DNA of 63,939 nt, filler included, from Licmophora abbreviata (lineage: Eukaryota), in NCBI GenBank assembly GCA_900291995.1. It is 6 parts of 6 records of this genome, joined end to end, with 100 filler letters (N's around TTAATTAATTAA, not from the genome) between each part and the next. Parts side by side here need not be neighbours in the genome. Positions count along the whole stretch, not along the records: positions 1 to 15,894 come from OLMU01000956.1; 5 more parts are not named here. One strand, given 5' to 3'. A program made the translations under genes and the position numbers. Positions 1 to 12,238 of the stretch are shown one piece after another. Below the pieces are notes generated by a model. It worked only from the letters and a program-made list of their open reading frames with translations, made no database searches and had not been told where the DNA came from. Within the stretch, counting starts at the first letter, position 1; every line of letters starts with the position of its first letter.

Positions 1-649
1 CCATGTCCTTCACCGTGAGTGGCGCTGGAAGTTCCACAATCGATTCCGTCGCCATAGACGACGACATGGATTCGGCGCCCACACTCGACACTGAAGCGCC
101 CTGCGTCGACTCTACGGCGACCGGACGCTCCACCACATCGGCACCAGAGGAAGCAAGTGGTGGTATCTGGCCACTCTGAAGTCCATTTGATCCGGGGTAA
201 AAGTAGTATCCTGGAGGTAACGGGGTATTGCTGTACCCGGGTGGAGGATGCGTCATGACCGTTTGGGGCTGTTGCTGCTCGGTCGCAGTCCGCAACATAG
301 AAGTATGGGACGCTCCCGTAATTGAATCTGGAGATTGTGATGACGTTGCTTGACTCATACGAACCAAGACGACTGCGAGAAATGCCATGAGAAATAGTGC
401 TTTTGCATTGGCATTGTCCTTTCCCGAAAGTGACGTGATCCATCCGCCTACGCTTGCTGCACCATCATTTTCCTTGGGCTGATCTGAATACCGTCTCTTC
501 CGGTTCTCTGGAACGAGAGATTCCATGTCGGGATTGATTCGTCGATTGACAGAGGAGGAGAGATCCATACTTTCCTGACTGGCGTCATCGTTCTCAGTCA
601 TGAAACTGACATCGCGCTGCCTTGAAGCTCGCGCTTTCGACCGTGACAT
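1..649 (-). CDS. Partial hypothetical single-pass membrane protein, running off the left edge
   Basis: Manual translation from ATG at 649 gives MSRSKARASRQRDVSFMTENDD...KALFLMAFLAVVLVRM..., open to position 1. One hydrophobic segment is followed by a Ser/Pro-rich stem. Not in the ORF track because there is no stop in the window. Confidence 0.65.
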   Translation of the reverse strand, partial: MSRSKARASRQRDVSFMTENDDASQESMDLSSSVNRRINPDMESLVPENRKRRYSDQPKENDGAASVGGWITSLSGKDNANAKALFLMAFLAVVLVRMSQATSSQSPDSITGASHTSMLRTATEQQQPQTVMTHPPPGYSNTPLPPGYYFYPGSNGLQSGQIPPLASSGADVVERPVAVESTQGASVSSVGAESMSSSMATESIVELPAPLTVKDM

Positions 650-1139
650 CCCACGAGATCGAGAAGAAGTGCTGTTGTGACCGTGATAAAGAATTGTCTT
701 ACTGCTCTCTACACCAGTGTGTTACTTGTGGTTGTTCAAGAAGAAGGTCACACTGCCTGGTTCGTCGTGAAAGTGAGGGTCGAGTCTGCGGTCATTGCAA
801 AGTCTGGGGAACTGGGTCATTTTGTGACCTTGGATTTGCTGGCGGAAAAAATCAATCTTCCCTTCTTTTGCGCCGAACACCGAAATGTCAAGATAGAAAA
901 GCTAGGAGTTGATGTCGAGCTACGAGGTCGAGAATCTTTGCTCGCACTCGTTGGAGCGTTTCTCAACTTGAAACTCAGATTTCAGATTTCAGATTGGGAG
1001 CCGGTGTGTCGCGGTGTCGCATGTCACCTTTGGAGGCTTCGGGTTCACCCTCAACTCCGACAATCTTGCTGACTTGTAGTCTGCTGCTCCTCCTCTAATC
1101 ACAAGACAGATCAGACGTCAAACGGAAACACAGCAAAGA

Positions 1140-2445
1140 ATGAGACGTTCAGGATCTTCGTCGTGCATGCTGCGTCCCAAGTCTGAAGTCGACTTGACAA
1201 ACGTCGCAGAAGAATCCTTGTCCGTGACGCTGATCAACAAACAGTCTCTCCCGTTATACAGTTCAGAAAGATTCTACCTGCTAAGTGAGCTCGAGGTCAA
1301 TGGTTACGCGACCGTCTTTCTTTGTGATCATAATACTGAAGAAGAGCAGCAAGAATGTGATGAAACACAGGACACCGTCGAATCGTCGGAAGCCTCCGTG
1401 ATGGAGCCGGCGACGCCTGTCAATCCAAAGCAAGCTGAAACCGCGCAGAGCTCACCTTTTATCATTCTATACATGCTGTGGAGACCCAATGGTCTTGTAT
1501 CGACGGTAGAAGATTTCGTGAGTGGACCGATTCAGACGGCCTTGAAGCACACGAAGCACTACCTGGATACGACTGCGCTGGCCGCAGCTGAAGCGTCATC
1601 GAGAAGTACTGCAACTGCACAACACTCTGCTGGACCCCAGTCTTGGTACTCCGAACCTTGTCCGGGTGGAGCTGACTCGTCGCCCATATCAATATACCTT
1701 GTGATCGATATACTTGTACCGGTACCTTTCGAACACGTTTTCGTCGATCGACACGGACAATGCACAGAGACATCAACGATTTCAAGCACAAGTCCGAATC
1801 GCCGAAGATCTTGCAAGGCACCTCTCACGAGAAAATGAGCTGCGATCAACCATCGAAGGAATCACTATCGGCGTGTCAGATCATGAACGAGCCGCGCCCG
1901 GCCTGGAAGCGTGTGTGGAAGCCGTCTCGGTGGGAGCGAGGCTACGGCGAAAGCATGGCAAAACTGTAGACGCCAAAAAGAGCCTACTGCAAGTAACGAG
2001 TCCATGTCCTGATGACTTGTTAGGCGCTCAGAGTGAGCAAGTGACGGATGCGGTACAAGGCGTGCTTCAGTGTCGCATCATTGCCGAGTGGAATGGTCTA
2101 GGAAATCTCAAAAGTTTCGCGCGTCGGGCCCAAGCGGGATGGCTGAAACAACACGACGTCTTGGATGATGATGCAGAAGAAAAACTCTCCCTTCCGCTGA
2201 GACGACGATCAAGGCGACGAGCGCGGCTAGAGGAGCTAGACGCAGGAGGACTTCCTGCCGCAGTCTCAACGATAGCACACATGATGATAATGCTGGTGTT
2301 CGTGCACGTGGGCTTATCTCTGTGGAACATATACGGTGACGAGCTCATGGCCTGGTACGAATCGGAGTTTGAGGGCCTGTCATCGAGCAGCGTTGATAGT
2401 GTTGCGCCGGAGGTAGAGTCAGCCATGGCGAGCGATCAACTGTAG
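1140..2445 (+). CDS. Hypothetical protein with C-terminal TM helix; two ORFs joined by a short intron or frameshift
   Basis: ORFs 1140-1838 and 1714-2445 overlap in different frames. A GT..AG segment at 1722-1767 (46 nt) would join them in frame (...VP|RHQRFQ...). Hydrophobic stretch MMIMLVFVHVGLSLW near the C-terminus. Confidence 0.55.
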
Positions 2446-3167
2446 AAGGTCGATAGCCTTAAGCATAACACTTCTGTATGGATTATTAGTTTAGCAATGT
2501 ATATTAAAAAAATCGTCGATCTAACAAAGAAGGCATGCATACGATTCCGATTGTCAGCTATAATAGGAGAGTGTGCGAAATTAGGTGCTGTAAACACACA
2601 CACTGTACCTTGTCTAAAAGTAGTACGATAGTCGAGTAACGGCTTGTTACCAGCGGTGTTAGCAGGTACTATAAGAAGACGACTGTGGGCACGCGCTCAA
2701 AGCCCAAGACCCTTATTATAACGGTCTTCGTATCTTAATTACTATAACATTCCAACGGATGTCTACTTATTCGAGTTTTGGAGGGAAACCATATTAATGT
2801 AGTCCATATTGTATACTATTATAAATGTTTTCCCTCGCCGATGCACGGCCAAAAGCCGCCGTCTTCAATCTGACCTCCTGCTCATGAGGGCCGTGCGTTG
2901 CTGGTACCGGTACAGTGATCTACTCACCAGCGCTGCCCTCCTGCAAGCCACAGAGCCACAGACGATCGGCTTATCGGCAGTATCTTACTGGACCCTTCTA
3001 GTTTTCTGCGCAAGTCGCGGCTGAAACGATCGCGAACGAAGACACAACAACGTGTCCCGCCTGGCCCGGCTGTGTACGAGGCTACTCCGAGAAGCATCCC
3101 GATTTCTGCTGATTGCTATCGCTTCCCTGTTTGACTTCTAAATTCTGTATTGGAGAACTACCTGGGT

Positions 3168-6100
3168 ATGGATCATCTACAGATACACTACGCCATGGAG
3201 GACAAACCCCACTACGAGACAAAGAAGGAATCTGCGTCATCGTCGGAGCACGACGACGACTCGAGCAATGATGATCGACTCGAAAAGGCCATGCAGGACG
3301 TGCTTTCCGACGAAAAGGGCAACCGTTTTCGTATACGAGTCGTCCAGCGTGATAGTTCACCGCCGATCAATCCAGGAGAAAGTGCACGAGAAGACTATCC
3401 AAACAACGAGACTGCGCCAGAATCGCCGGCGCCGCTGCACCCGCCTTCGCCTCTACCGCTAGCATCGTCTCCCTTTGCATCGTACTTTAACCCATATTCG
3501 CAGCACCGCTTCTCTCCTGACTCGCCGCGGGCACTTTCACCTCGGAAGGGACTGTCCATTTGGATGGATGAGTCGTCGCGAAGGCCCTGGAGGTCGTCGC
3601 TTGGACGGGATCGGGATCGGGATCGGATTGAAAGTCACGGGAGCCACGACACCTCGAGCTCGGCAGAAGAGCTGGAACGGGTAGCAAACGAAATGCGATT
3701 AGACATCCGGAACTCTGAAATGTTGGAGCTGGCAGAAGAAGCGGAACGTGCAGCGGAGGCAGGTCAGGAACGATTCGCCGGACGGGCATCAACCTTCGGA
3801 AACAAAACCGACATTTCGCCTCCTGCAAACAGTTCAGAGTTGAGATCAACACCGATAAGACGTCCAGGGACTTTCAGGCAATCGGAAAATAGATCGTTGC
3901 TAAGACGGTCGATTCTGATGCCCCGACTGGAACATCGAATTGGAGTCCTCTCTCTGCGCAACGTGAACGAAGTTATCCCACCGCTATCGGATCTTCACAC
4001 GCATCTGCGGACTCACATGGCAAGCAAGGGTGTCGACCAGAGGACCCTGCTGAAGACGAGGTCACTTAGTGGGGACGGAATCAATGGTCAGGTGATACAC
4101 CGAAAGTCAGAGTCTCCAAGCAGAAGAATAATCGGATCACTTCGAGACTGGGTCACGTCGGTTGGATCGATAGACGACGAGGCGAAACGAAAGCAGGACG
4201 AGGACATGCCCGCGCACCCCTCGACTCCAAAACAGACACTCGCTGCAACTCCTTACGACTTTTCTGTGAATTCGATTGTTGCCAGAGAAGACGATGACAG
4301 CCAAGCGAGTGCGCCTCAATTATCTCTTGAACAGTCTGTCGAGGTTGGCTTGATGCTTTCGGGGCATTTGCATACTCCTCCTCAATCCAGGAAGAGGCGT
4401 ACGCACAGACTTGAGCATGTCAAAGTTCCCGATGGACTTGCCTTTCCCGATTTATTTAAAAGGAAAGATCGGGCTGATTGCGCAACTCTCACAACGGTGC
4501 CAACGACGTCATCATCGGACATTGAGACGAGTGCAGCGAGAACAAGCATTCCTCACGGTGCCAAAACAGAAAGTTCGACGCCAATCAGTACCTCCTCGCT
4601 TGGATCACTCGACCGAATATCACCAAAGGCGTTGTTCGACATGGCAGAAACATCTGACAGTCAAACACTTGCCAAGGACAGTGGAGCCCATGACGAAAAC
4701 CTCAACTCTGCTGATCCAGGGCCGCCGAGCTTCTTTGCCACGCCCCAGCGCTTGCGCGGAATCAAACAAGTTGTAAAGGACGACGAGAAATCTCTCGATA
4801 CTGCCGTGCCCACCCCCAATCTCGATGAGAGCTGTGTGGCTATAGCGACAGCGTGTGCCAGCTCTGCTCTTCCGCAATTCAAAGGTGTCGATAATGCATT
4901 GCAGCCCCCCAGACGGCTGCTTCGACCCCGACACATTGAAGGGAACGCGTCGATGGAGAATTTCGATCACGATGATGAACGTACTGCAGCCGGAGGGAAC
5001 GAGTCACAAGCCGCACGCGATGATACCAGAAAAGAATGCGGACCACCTGCGGTGTCGACAAGCTCTCAATCTCACGTTGCCGCATGTACTACAAGCGCCG
5101 ATCCCAGTGCTACCTTGATGGTTAGTCCAATGAGCGACGAGGCCGAATCATCTGAAAAGAACAAGGCCCCCAAGCACATCCTTCTGACGATAGAGTCAAG
5201 ACCGACGGACGAAGACGACGGGACGGAGGGAGGCAGACGGGAATGTCCGCGCCGTGGTGAAACGGACGGCAGGAGTGGATCGAGACGAGCTAGCCTTTCT
5301 GAACCGCTGGTGTTGGAGACGGCAGGGCGCGACTTGAAAACTGTGCCTGCTGAGGCTGTCGAACGACCCCGAGGTAGCCCTCACAGCGCCAATCTGGTTC
5401 CAGATGCCGACACTGAGTCGAGATCTCTGGATTTGCCGTCTCCAGACTCTTTGCACACTCCGATACCCAAATGGAGGCTTCGAGATGGTGATATTGACGG
5501 AGAAGAATCGCAGCGACCGCGAAGTCCATCGGCGTTTAGCATTGGGCGTCATGAGACAGATGATGATGCTTTCAAGTATCACGTCACGACAAAGAATACC
5601 GGAGGACCATCAGATTTGACCCCGTCTGATCTTCAGTGTCAGTGCTTTGTTGGCTCTGCATCTTCGCAAGAGTCAAACGTTCCAGGGTCACTGGACAAGA
5701 CTGTTTGGACCGCCAATAAGCCAAAGTCCAGAAAACTGCCCAGGGTGCTTTCGTGGCCAAACTCAACGCTTGATTTGAGTCAGCATGAGCACACATCATC
5801 AACCGATAATTTGCCGCGAGTATCTCCAGAACGCCGAGCGGCATCGGACACAGCGCAAAGCAAAATCTCGTTTAATGCTGCCATGGTTGCAATGGATGCT
5901 TTCGCGGCTTCCATGAACAGGCTCCCTGGTGGAAGGTCTCCGAGTAGCAGGTCATCTGGTCGCCGGACGCGATCTGAAACTGGGTCAAACACGTCGTTTA
6001 CAGCTGCCGCGGTCGCAATGGACGTACTGAAGATGTTCGCGCAAAAGCAGAAGAGGCGCACCATGAACGATAACATCTACGTATCAGCGCACGAAAATCG

Positions 6101-6704
6101 AGCGTTTCTGAGTAACTACCTCTACTGCAGCAAACCGCATGCAATTGCCGACGACGCAGGTAGCCCACCGGGCGTCTGCGAGAATCCTTGCCTTGTAGGT
6201 GGAACAACTCTAGGATCCATGGAAACAGGATGTGAGGTTATCGCCGGAGCGCTGAGTGCAGTGGTGGCAGGCCTACCAATTCCTTCCACCGGTATCGGTG
6301 AGAGTAGTAATATTTCGATCAGTGGCACACAGAGTTACTCGCATTTGGAGCCCGACAGGTGGTTCGACGTGGCTACTGAGAGAGTGGACGTGGCTCTGGA
6401 GAAGCTCGTGGGCAGCAACGAGAGCACGTGGGACATGTTTCAACCCCCAAGCCTACGGAAGAAGTCACCCATGAATTCACCATCGAGTCGCAAAGGACCT
6501 GTTGTCATTGTGCGACAAGATACGCTCTCTTCGAGGACAGATTCGGAAGCCGCACACACTGCGAGCATGGCCGACAGCGATTTTGAACGGCTGTATGGAA
6601 TGTCACGTGATGAGTTCGTCGCGCTACCAGTGATTGAGCGAACTTCGCTCCACGATTCAATTATACAAGGGGGGCACTTGAGAAGAGCCTCCAACCTTTT
6701 GTAG
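3168..6704 (+). CDS. Large low-complexity, probably disordered hypothetical protein
   Basis: About 1180-aa uninterrupted ORF rich in S/P/R/D/E; first ATG at 3168; no domain recognised. Confidence 0.75.
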   Translation: MDHLQIHYAMEDKPHYETKKESASSSEHDDDSSNDDRLEKAMQDVLSDEKGNRFRIRVVQRDSSPPINPGESAREDYPNNETAPESPAPLHPPSPLPLASSPFASYFNPYSQHRFSPDSPRALSPRKGLSIWMDESSRRPWRSSLGRDRDRDRIESHGSHDTSSSAEELERVANEMRLDIRNSEMLELAEEAERAAEAGQERFAGRASTFGNKTDISPPANSSELRSTPIRRPGTFRQSENRSLLRRSILMPRLEHRIGVLSLRNVNEVIPPLSDLHTHLRTHMASKGVDQRTLLKTRSLSGDGINGQVIHRKSESPSRRIIGSLRDWVTSVGSIDDEAKRKQDEDMPAHPSTPKQTLAATPYDFSVNSIVAREDDDSQASAPQLSLEQSVEVGLMLSGHLHTPPQSRKRRTHRLEHVKVPDGLAFPDLFKRKDRADCATLTTVPTTSSSDIETSAARTSIPHGAKTESSTPISTSSLGSLDRISPKALFDMAETSDSQTLAKDSGAHDENLNSADPGPPSFFATPQRLRGIKQVVKDDEKSLDTAVPTPNLDESCVAIATACASSALPQFKGVDNALQPPRRLLRPRHIEGNASMENFDHDDERTAAGGNESQAARDDTRKECGPPAVSTSSQSHVAACTTSADPSATLMVSPMSDEAESSEKNKAPKHILLTIESRPTDEDDGTEGGRRECPRRGETDGRSGSRRASLSEPLVLETAGRDLKTVPAEAVERPRGSPHSANLVPDADTESRSLDLPSPDSLHTPIPKWRLRDGDIDGEESQRPRSPSAFSIGRHETDDDAFKYHVTTKNTGGPSDLTPSDLQCQCFVGSASSQESNVPGSLDKTVWTANKPKSRKLPRVLSWPNSTLDLSQHEHTSSTDNLPRVSPERRAASDTAQSKISFNAAMVAMDAFAASMNRLPGGRSPSSRSSGRRTRSETGSNTSFTAAAVAMDVLKMFAQKQKRRTMNDNIYVSAHENRAFLSNYLYCSKPHAIADDAGSPPGVCENPCLVGGTTLGSMETGCEVIAGALSAVVAGLPIPSTGIGESSNISISGTQSYSHLEPDRWFDVATERVDVALEKLVGSNESTWDMFQPPSLRKKSPMNSPSSRKGPVVIVRQDTLSSRTDSEAAHTASMADSDFERLYGMSRDEFVALPVIERTSLHDSIIQGGHLRRASNLL

Positions 6705-7258
6705 TTTTAAATGTAACATAGCTTCTAGCTCATGCACTATGGTACGACGCGCCTGACCGCAGTAGCTCAAGGCGCCGCAATAGTGTCGCGACGGCACGTG
6801 TTCGCGTATACTTGCATAGATTCGATTCAATTTATGGAGAACGACATCTTTTGCGCACCTAAGCCAATAGATCAGATACCGTCAGACGGCACTCGAACGC
6901 ATATCGCGGTGGACGAGACAGGTAGTTGGCATTTGCAACCGACACAATCGATACCATTCACGGGTGTGGTGTGCGGTAGTAAAGACTGGAGTTGCTGTCA
7001 TCGTCATGGTGCCGGCAACACGTGTGATACACAGGGCAACTGTGAGCTGACGCACAGCATACGCCGCATGGGACCCGATCTCCAAGAAGGCAAATATTCT
7101 CATCAACATGGTGGCGAGATCATACCGTACGTAACTACCTGAACAAACCGTAGCGACGAAGACGACTCTGTAGATTGTAGTAGAGTGCGAAACGCATCAT
7201 GAAATTCACTATCCTATTGCTATTGGTTAGTATCATATAGTACGCTTGTTCACTTCAA

Positions 7259-8149
7259 TCAGTAATCTGACGGAGACAGATCTTCTCCAGGGGGTCCCAT
7301 GTCGTCCAGCGCACTGGGTTCGGTACCCCAGTTCTGTTGAAAGGATTTCGTCTTGCGCACCAAGACTTCGGGAACTCCACTAGCATCTCTTACTACCAGC
7401 AAGTCGTCATCGACATATGTCACGTACAGTTCCCGACTATACTGTAGTTGCGACGGAAGAGCGATCTTGTTGTCCAAAACCGTTGCACTCTCGTAGGTCT
7501 CCTTCAATCGAATGGACGACTCGACATCGATTCGGGCACGGACGACAACTTGGTTCTCCAAGGAGCCATTGAGTAGCTTGACACTAACTTTGGCCTCAAT
7601 GCGAGGCTGTTCACGAGAAATCGATATCTCCAGGTCCCCGACATCCACAAGCCCCGATGGAAGCTGCTGTGCCAAGGACAAGGCAAAGAGTCCCGGAGAG
7701 TATCCGCCAGAATAGAGAAACAGTGCCAGTTGACGAGTGGGGGACGGGAGCGCCCAGTCTGGTGAGTAGCCAGCAGCATAGCGCAGCTCCCAGACTCCGT
7801 TTAGAAGCGGAGACATGGTGGGGTTCTCACTGGGATTGAGTGCTTCGAGACTGAGCAGGGCCTCGTTGATGGCGGTTCGCGTTTCGGAGGTGACTTCTGC
7901 AAGCGCTGTAGGGAGCTGGTCCAGAACGGAGCTTACCAGAGCCTCACTCTCCGTCGGATTGTAAGTCTGACTTTCGACAGAAATAAAGGTATCATCCGAA
8001 GACGTGTCTGAAGGAGCATCGGCCATGAATCGAGCACTGCTCGTCTTGCCGTTGGAGGATCGAGGTGCACGTGGCATCACAAAAGCGAAGCCATTCGCGG
8101 CTGGGACCGAACAGGAGAAAACAAGGAAATGCGACACCGAAAACTTCAT
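7259..8149 (-). CDS. Plastid lipid-associated protein / fibrillin (PAP_fibrillin)
   Basis: Signal peptide + ANG-FAF motif; fibrillin motifs LEALNP, SPLLNGVWELRY and VTYVDDDLLVVRD. Confidence 0.85.
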   Translation of the reverse strand: MKFSVSHFLVFSCSVPAANGFAFVMPRAPRSSNGKTSSARFMADAPSDTSSDDTFISVESQTYNPTESEALVSSVLDQLPTALAEVTSETRTAINEALLSLEALNPSENPTMSPLLNGVWELRYAAGYSPDWALPSPTRQLALFLYSGGYSPGLFALSLAQQLPSGLVDVGDLEISISREQPRIEAKVSVKLLNGSLENQVVVRARIDVESSIRLKETYESATVLDNKIALPSQLQYSRELYVTYVDDDLLVVRDASGVPEVLVRKTKSFQQNWGTEPSALDDMGPPGEDLSPSDY

Positions 8150-8678
8150 TGTGAGGAGTGGGGGATCAGAGCGTGGTCAGTCTAAGAGTGAGATTCGATC
8201 GTTCGTTGAGACTCTCTTGCCTTCCTTGTGAACAGTATCGTCACACGATCCTAGCTTTTGCCATCGTCGCTATTCGCTGTGTTTTCATGCTGAGCTGGAG
8301 CTCTCAATCTGAGATGCTTCGCGACTTCGCGCGCAACCTGGACCCAACTCCGGGTGCTTTTCGTCGTACTGCCTCTCTTCGTCATGATGTTTTGTATCAT
8401 TCAGTTCTATTCGTGTAATTTCTCAATACTGCTCGGAGCCTTTTTTCGAGCTCTCAATCTCCACACTTCACGTAACAGTCTTAAAGGAGCTCGTATCGTT
8501 CCAAGCAGCATTGGATATATTCATGTATATGATATAAAATGGTGCACAGTTCCCTTCTTCTCTCGCTTCCCTCACAAGTTTCATTAAAGTTCGCAAGACC
8601 ACCTTATCGCTGACACGCTGTATCGCAGCGACTTACTTCACCAGTCACCAGGTACACGACCCCTTCTTCTTCTCTAAA

Positions 8679-9308
8679 ATGAGCACCTACGTACAAGAAA
8701 CCAACGCCACTGACCAAAATAATGCTCCGTCCAAGCCGAGACGTCGCTCGATTCGAACGAGCTTCCTGAAAAAAGAACGATTCCAGGTCGACATTGCTTG
8801 CCTCGTCACCACGTCCGAAACTCAGTTTCTCCCCGAAGGCTTTGCTCCTTCCTCTAAGGATATCATCTGCGGCCGAGGCAAAAGCGCCTACAATCACGTG
8901 GGAAACAAGAGATTCCGCGTTGTCATTGCCATGAACCTCAACAAGTACATGGACGCAAGGAATCGTCTCGACAAGACACAGCTCGTCAACTCCATCGTCG
9001 ACAGCATCCGGGAGTCGAGTCCCACGCAGACTGGATTCGTCAAGCAAGACGCCTCGACTGGACGATGGATCGCGCTAGGAGACGATGTTGCACGGGAAAA
9101 GGTTGGACATGCATTGCGTGATGCGGTCGCGCAGCATCAGGAAGAAAAGCGAAAACTGGACCAGCAACGAAATCCTCGCAAGTCCCCTTCGCGTTCCTCC
9201 ATGGACCGTCGTGCCAACGAATTGCTGCAGGCGCAGCAGTCCATCTTTCAGTCTTTCATGAAAGAGCGACGCAGGTCTGCGCGATCGATTGTCACCCCGT
9301 CATCTTGA
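8679..9308 (+). CDS. DUF6824-type protein (diatom-expanded family)
   Basis: Motifs DIICGRG..YNHVGNKRFR, K..LV.SIV..IR, GFVK....GRW and AREKVGHALRD. Confidence 0.85.
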   Translation: MSTYVQETNATDQNNAPSKPRRRSIRTSFLKKERFQVDIACLVTTSETQFLPEGFAPSSKDIICGRGKSAYNHVGNKRFRVVIAMNLNKYMDARNRLDKTQLVNSIVDSIRESSPTQTGFVKQDASTGRWIALGDDVAREKVGHALRDAVAQHQEEKRKLDQQRNPRKSPSRSSMDRRANELLQAQQSIFQSFMKERRRSARSIVTPSS

Positions 9309-9517
9309 AAAGAGTGCAACCCCGGCTATTTTGATGCATTGGATTTTGTGCATCGCACACAATGCCTAGGTTTGATATCCCTGATAGACACAACGTTTTA
9401 TGCTGTATTAGCAATTTTCAGTACCAACTGCTTTTCTATGACTTCATGACTTATAGCTTTATTTGATGCTGAAGCTCGATGGAGGAAGGCGCTCTATGAA
9501 AAGTAAATATGAGCATC

Positions 9518-10435
9518 TCACGGCTCAGGTGCCGTCGTGATGGCACCTTCATCCGTTGTATCGGCATTTTGATTTGACTCAAAGCTCTCGCCCATTGGTC
9601 GCTCCGCATCGCTGCTCCCGCCCCCCTCCTCTTCTACCGCAGTTATGATTGGTGGAGACACGCCATCGACAGGGTCCACAAAGAACGTATCCGAGGAGGA
9701 CGTAAGGGACGACGAGTGGCTCCCTGAACTCAGATTCAGCGGAAGCTGTTCGCGACAGAATGGTTGTCGACAGACAGGACATAGCGGCGCTGACCGAGTC
9801 GACAGCCAAGACACAATACAGTTTTGGTGAAATACATGTTGACATGCGCCACTCGATGACCGGGTCACCACATCATCGGGTTTGTATCGACCAAGACATA
9901 TGCTGCATCCTCGTGATAGCTGAAAGTCTGAAAGTCTCGGTAAGGACTCAGAGAGCTGCGTGGAGTCTGTTTCACTCCCAGCGGCAACATCCAGAGCTTT
10001 CATCTCGTCGTCAGCACCAGAAAAATGTTCTGCGGTCAGTACTATCGTCTGTTTTCGCAGAGAACACTGCAGCGCCCTCTTCCTTCTTCGGTTCTCATTC
10101 TGGGAAAACACATGGACATTGGCTTCGACTCGTGAAATCACTCGATCGAGTTCTTCGCGACGTTGTTGTATCTCTTCCTGCGTTTCGGCTCCAGTTGTGG
10201 TGTGGTCGTGTCGGTTCCGTATTCGATAACATTGTATATACACGCAAATGATCGGCCCTAAACAGCACCCCACTATCAAGACACAGTACCAAATAACAAA
10301 TGCGGTGGATGTATAGATGCTCTCATCTGAGCTTTCATTTTCCTGAAGGAGTCGGCCTCTCGGGTCGTCGAGCTGTACCGGCACGGTTATTGCGGCAGAC
10401 CACACACGTCTACAGCTGGCCCAAATGGGTTTCAT
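9518..10435 (-). CDS. Transmembrane RING-H2 protein (putative E3 ligase)
   Basis: TM segment (FVIWYCVLIVGCCLGPIICVYI) and RING-H2 CSICL...CQHVFHQNC...W...CPVCR. Confidence 0.85.
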   Translation of the reverse strand: MKPIWASCRRVWSAAITVPVQLDDPRGRLLQENESSDESIYTSTAFVIWYCVLIVGCCLGPIICVYIQCYRIRNRHDHTTTGAETQEEIQQRREELDRVISRVEANVHVFSQNENRRRKRALQCSLRKQTIVLTAEHFSGADDEMKALDVAAGSETDSTQLSESLPRLSDFQLSRGCSICLGRYKPDDVVTRSSSGACQHVFHQNCIVSWLSTRSAPLCPVCRQPFCREQLPLNLSSGSHSSSLTSSSDTFFVDPVDGVSPPIITAVEEEGGGSSDAERPMGESFESNQNADTTDEGAITTAPEP

Positions 10436-11028
10436 ATCCCCCAAATTGAGAACTTCGGGTCAATGGAGAGCCGCTTTCAACTTCATGGACGTTCCCGTGG
10501 TCGTCGCATGGGCACATGTCGGGCTGGGAAGGATGATGGTAGTATTACCGGCATATGGCCACATCCGAATGCAAAGTGGTGGAAGCTCCGGAGTTTGTGA
10601 GCTGATTGGCGGGAAGATCGACGCGGCGATAAGTGAAAGTTGAAGCTATATTTTTAGAGCGAATCAGTCGAGCATTCCGACTCGACTCCCCATTGTAGAA
10701 AACATCATGACGCTTCTCCTTCTCAAATCCCGAACTCTGAATACACTCTGAAGTTGAAAGTGAGGTGCGCATCCGCCCATACCCGAAACGCAGGGTTAGA
10801 CCTTGAGCCTACCAGGGCTCTAGTTTACGGAGATATGGAGGTAGGGGCACAACTAAGGAACTGGGATGTGTCGGCACTGCTCCTCATTACGTTTTTAAAA
10901 AAACTACAGATGAGTTCGCACCCACGCAACACCTCCGAAGATAACGAAAGGCACTAGGCACTATACGCCCACCGCTTGTATGCATCAGCTCTCTCTGCAA
11001 TCGAAGATCGAACTCACAATGCGTTTCA

Positions 11029-11821
11029 CTACCCATCTCTATTCCACGCTTGAAGCCGCAATAAGGCTTGCAAGACATACTTGTCTTCATTATTCTCGCG
11101 CGCTTCTTCGGGATCGAGTCCAATCCAACGGTACTGCTCCGACGTATCATCCAGCTTGACGTCGACTCCCGGTTCTTCAATCTGTACAAGCACGATCGGG
11201 TTGACCGTCTGCGTGCCCTTTTGCGATTCTGTATCCCAATGAGAGGTCGGAAAGAAGGTATTCCAGACTCCCAGCACTTGAATCGGCTTGACGTTGTCGA
11301 TTCCTGTCTCTTGTTTGGCCTTGCGCACGGCAGCAGCAAAGAAGGTTTCTCCTTTGAGGAGCCTTCCACCCGGAAGCCACCAGACGCCTTTGACAGGCTC
11401 CGACGCTCTCTCAACGAGTAGACACTCTCTGCGTTGCAATTCTGGATTGTATCGGACGATCAAACAGTCGACGCAGCAGACTACACAGTCCCGCACCATG
11501 CGGCCGTACAAGTCGGAAGGCAGGAATCGCTGCGATTTGGAAGTCGTGGTGAGCTTGTCGACAAAGCCGTAGAACAGCGACAGGTCCCCACCTTCCACAG
11601 TAGCTCCGGCTGTGAAGAAAGAAAACAGGAAGTCAACAACTGATGAGTGCTCCTTTCGCGGTGAGATTGGTGGTACAGTCGGCGGTCGGCGATGCAGGCA
11701 ATGACGCACCGTCGTTGTTTCGGGCCTTCTTCGCTCGCTTCTTCTGGAGGACTCCAACCAGTGAAGCCACGGCCGCTCCGGCTACAAAGGAAGCGATCAG
11801 GGAGGTACGACTTTGGCTCAT
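11029..11821 (-). CDS. NUDIX hydrolase (GDP-mannose hydrolase-like), 2 exons
   Basis: Nudix box WWLPGGRLLKGETFFAAAVRKAKQETG. Exon 1 has an N-terminal hydrophobic anchor; GT-AG intron 11610-11676 joins the frames. Confidence 0.85.
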
Positions 11822-12238
11822 GGTGGACACAGGACCGAGAGGCGATGCACATTCACCATCGCAATGCCATGACGCAATGACCGGCGTGGCGTGGTCTTTT
11901 TTGATGTCTTTTCGAGCTCCAAACTAAATGGATACTGCTTGAAATAGCTCGTCATCACCCTCCACGCGGAGCTTGGAACCGACTTCCCGCCAAACAACCT
12001 GATGACGATCGCGACGTCGGCAACTTTCAATTTCTCGTCTTGAAGCGCATCCACGTCAAGGATCGCTCTGCGATGCAAAAGGCCAGTAAAGCCTGCTGTC
12101 GCTCATCCTCGCTTGTTCCCTGTTTGTGCTTCTCAGTCAGCGGCTCGAAACGACCCACAGTGAACTAGCTCGTGGCACTTGATCGATTTGCGAAGTTCAG
12201 CTGCTTTTTCCGAATTTAGAACTGAGATTTGTGTCACC

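Noticed and set aside
3606..3628. GGGATC repeats, plus CAAGGA (about 15602) and CT (about 62464) microsatellites
   Set aside because: Short simple repeats; not CRISPR-like and no spacer structure.
6732..7142. 136-aa ORF between convergent genes
   Set aside because: No recognisable motif; it begins directly after the previous stop and is probably 3' UTR.
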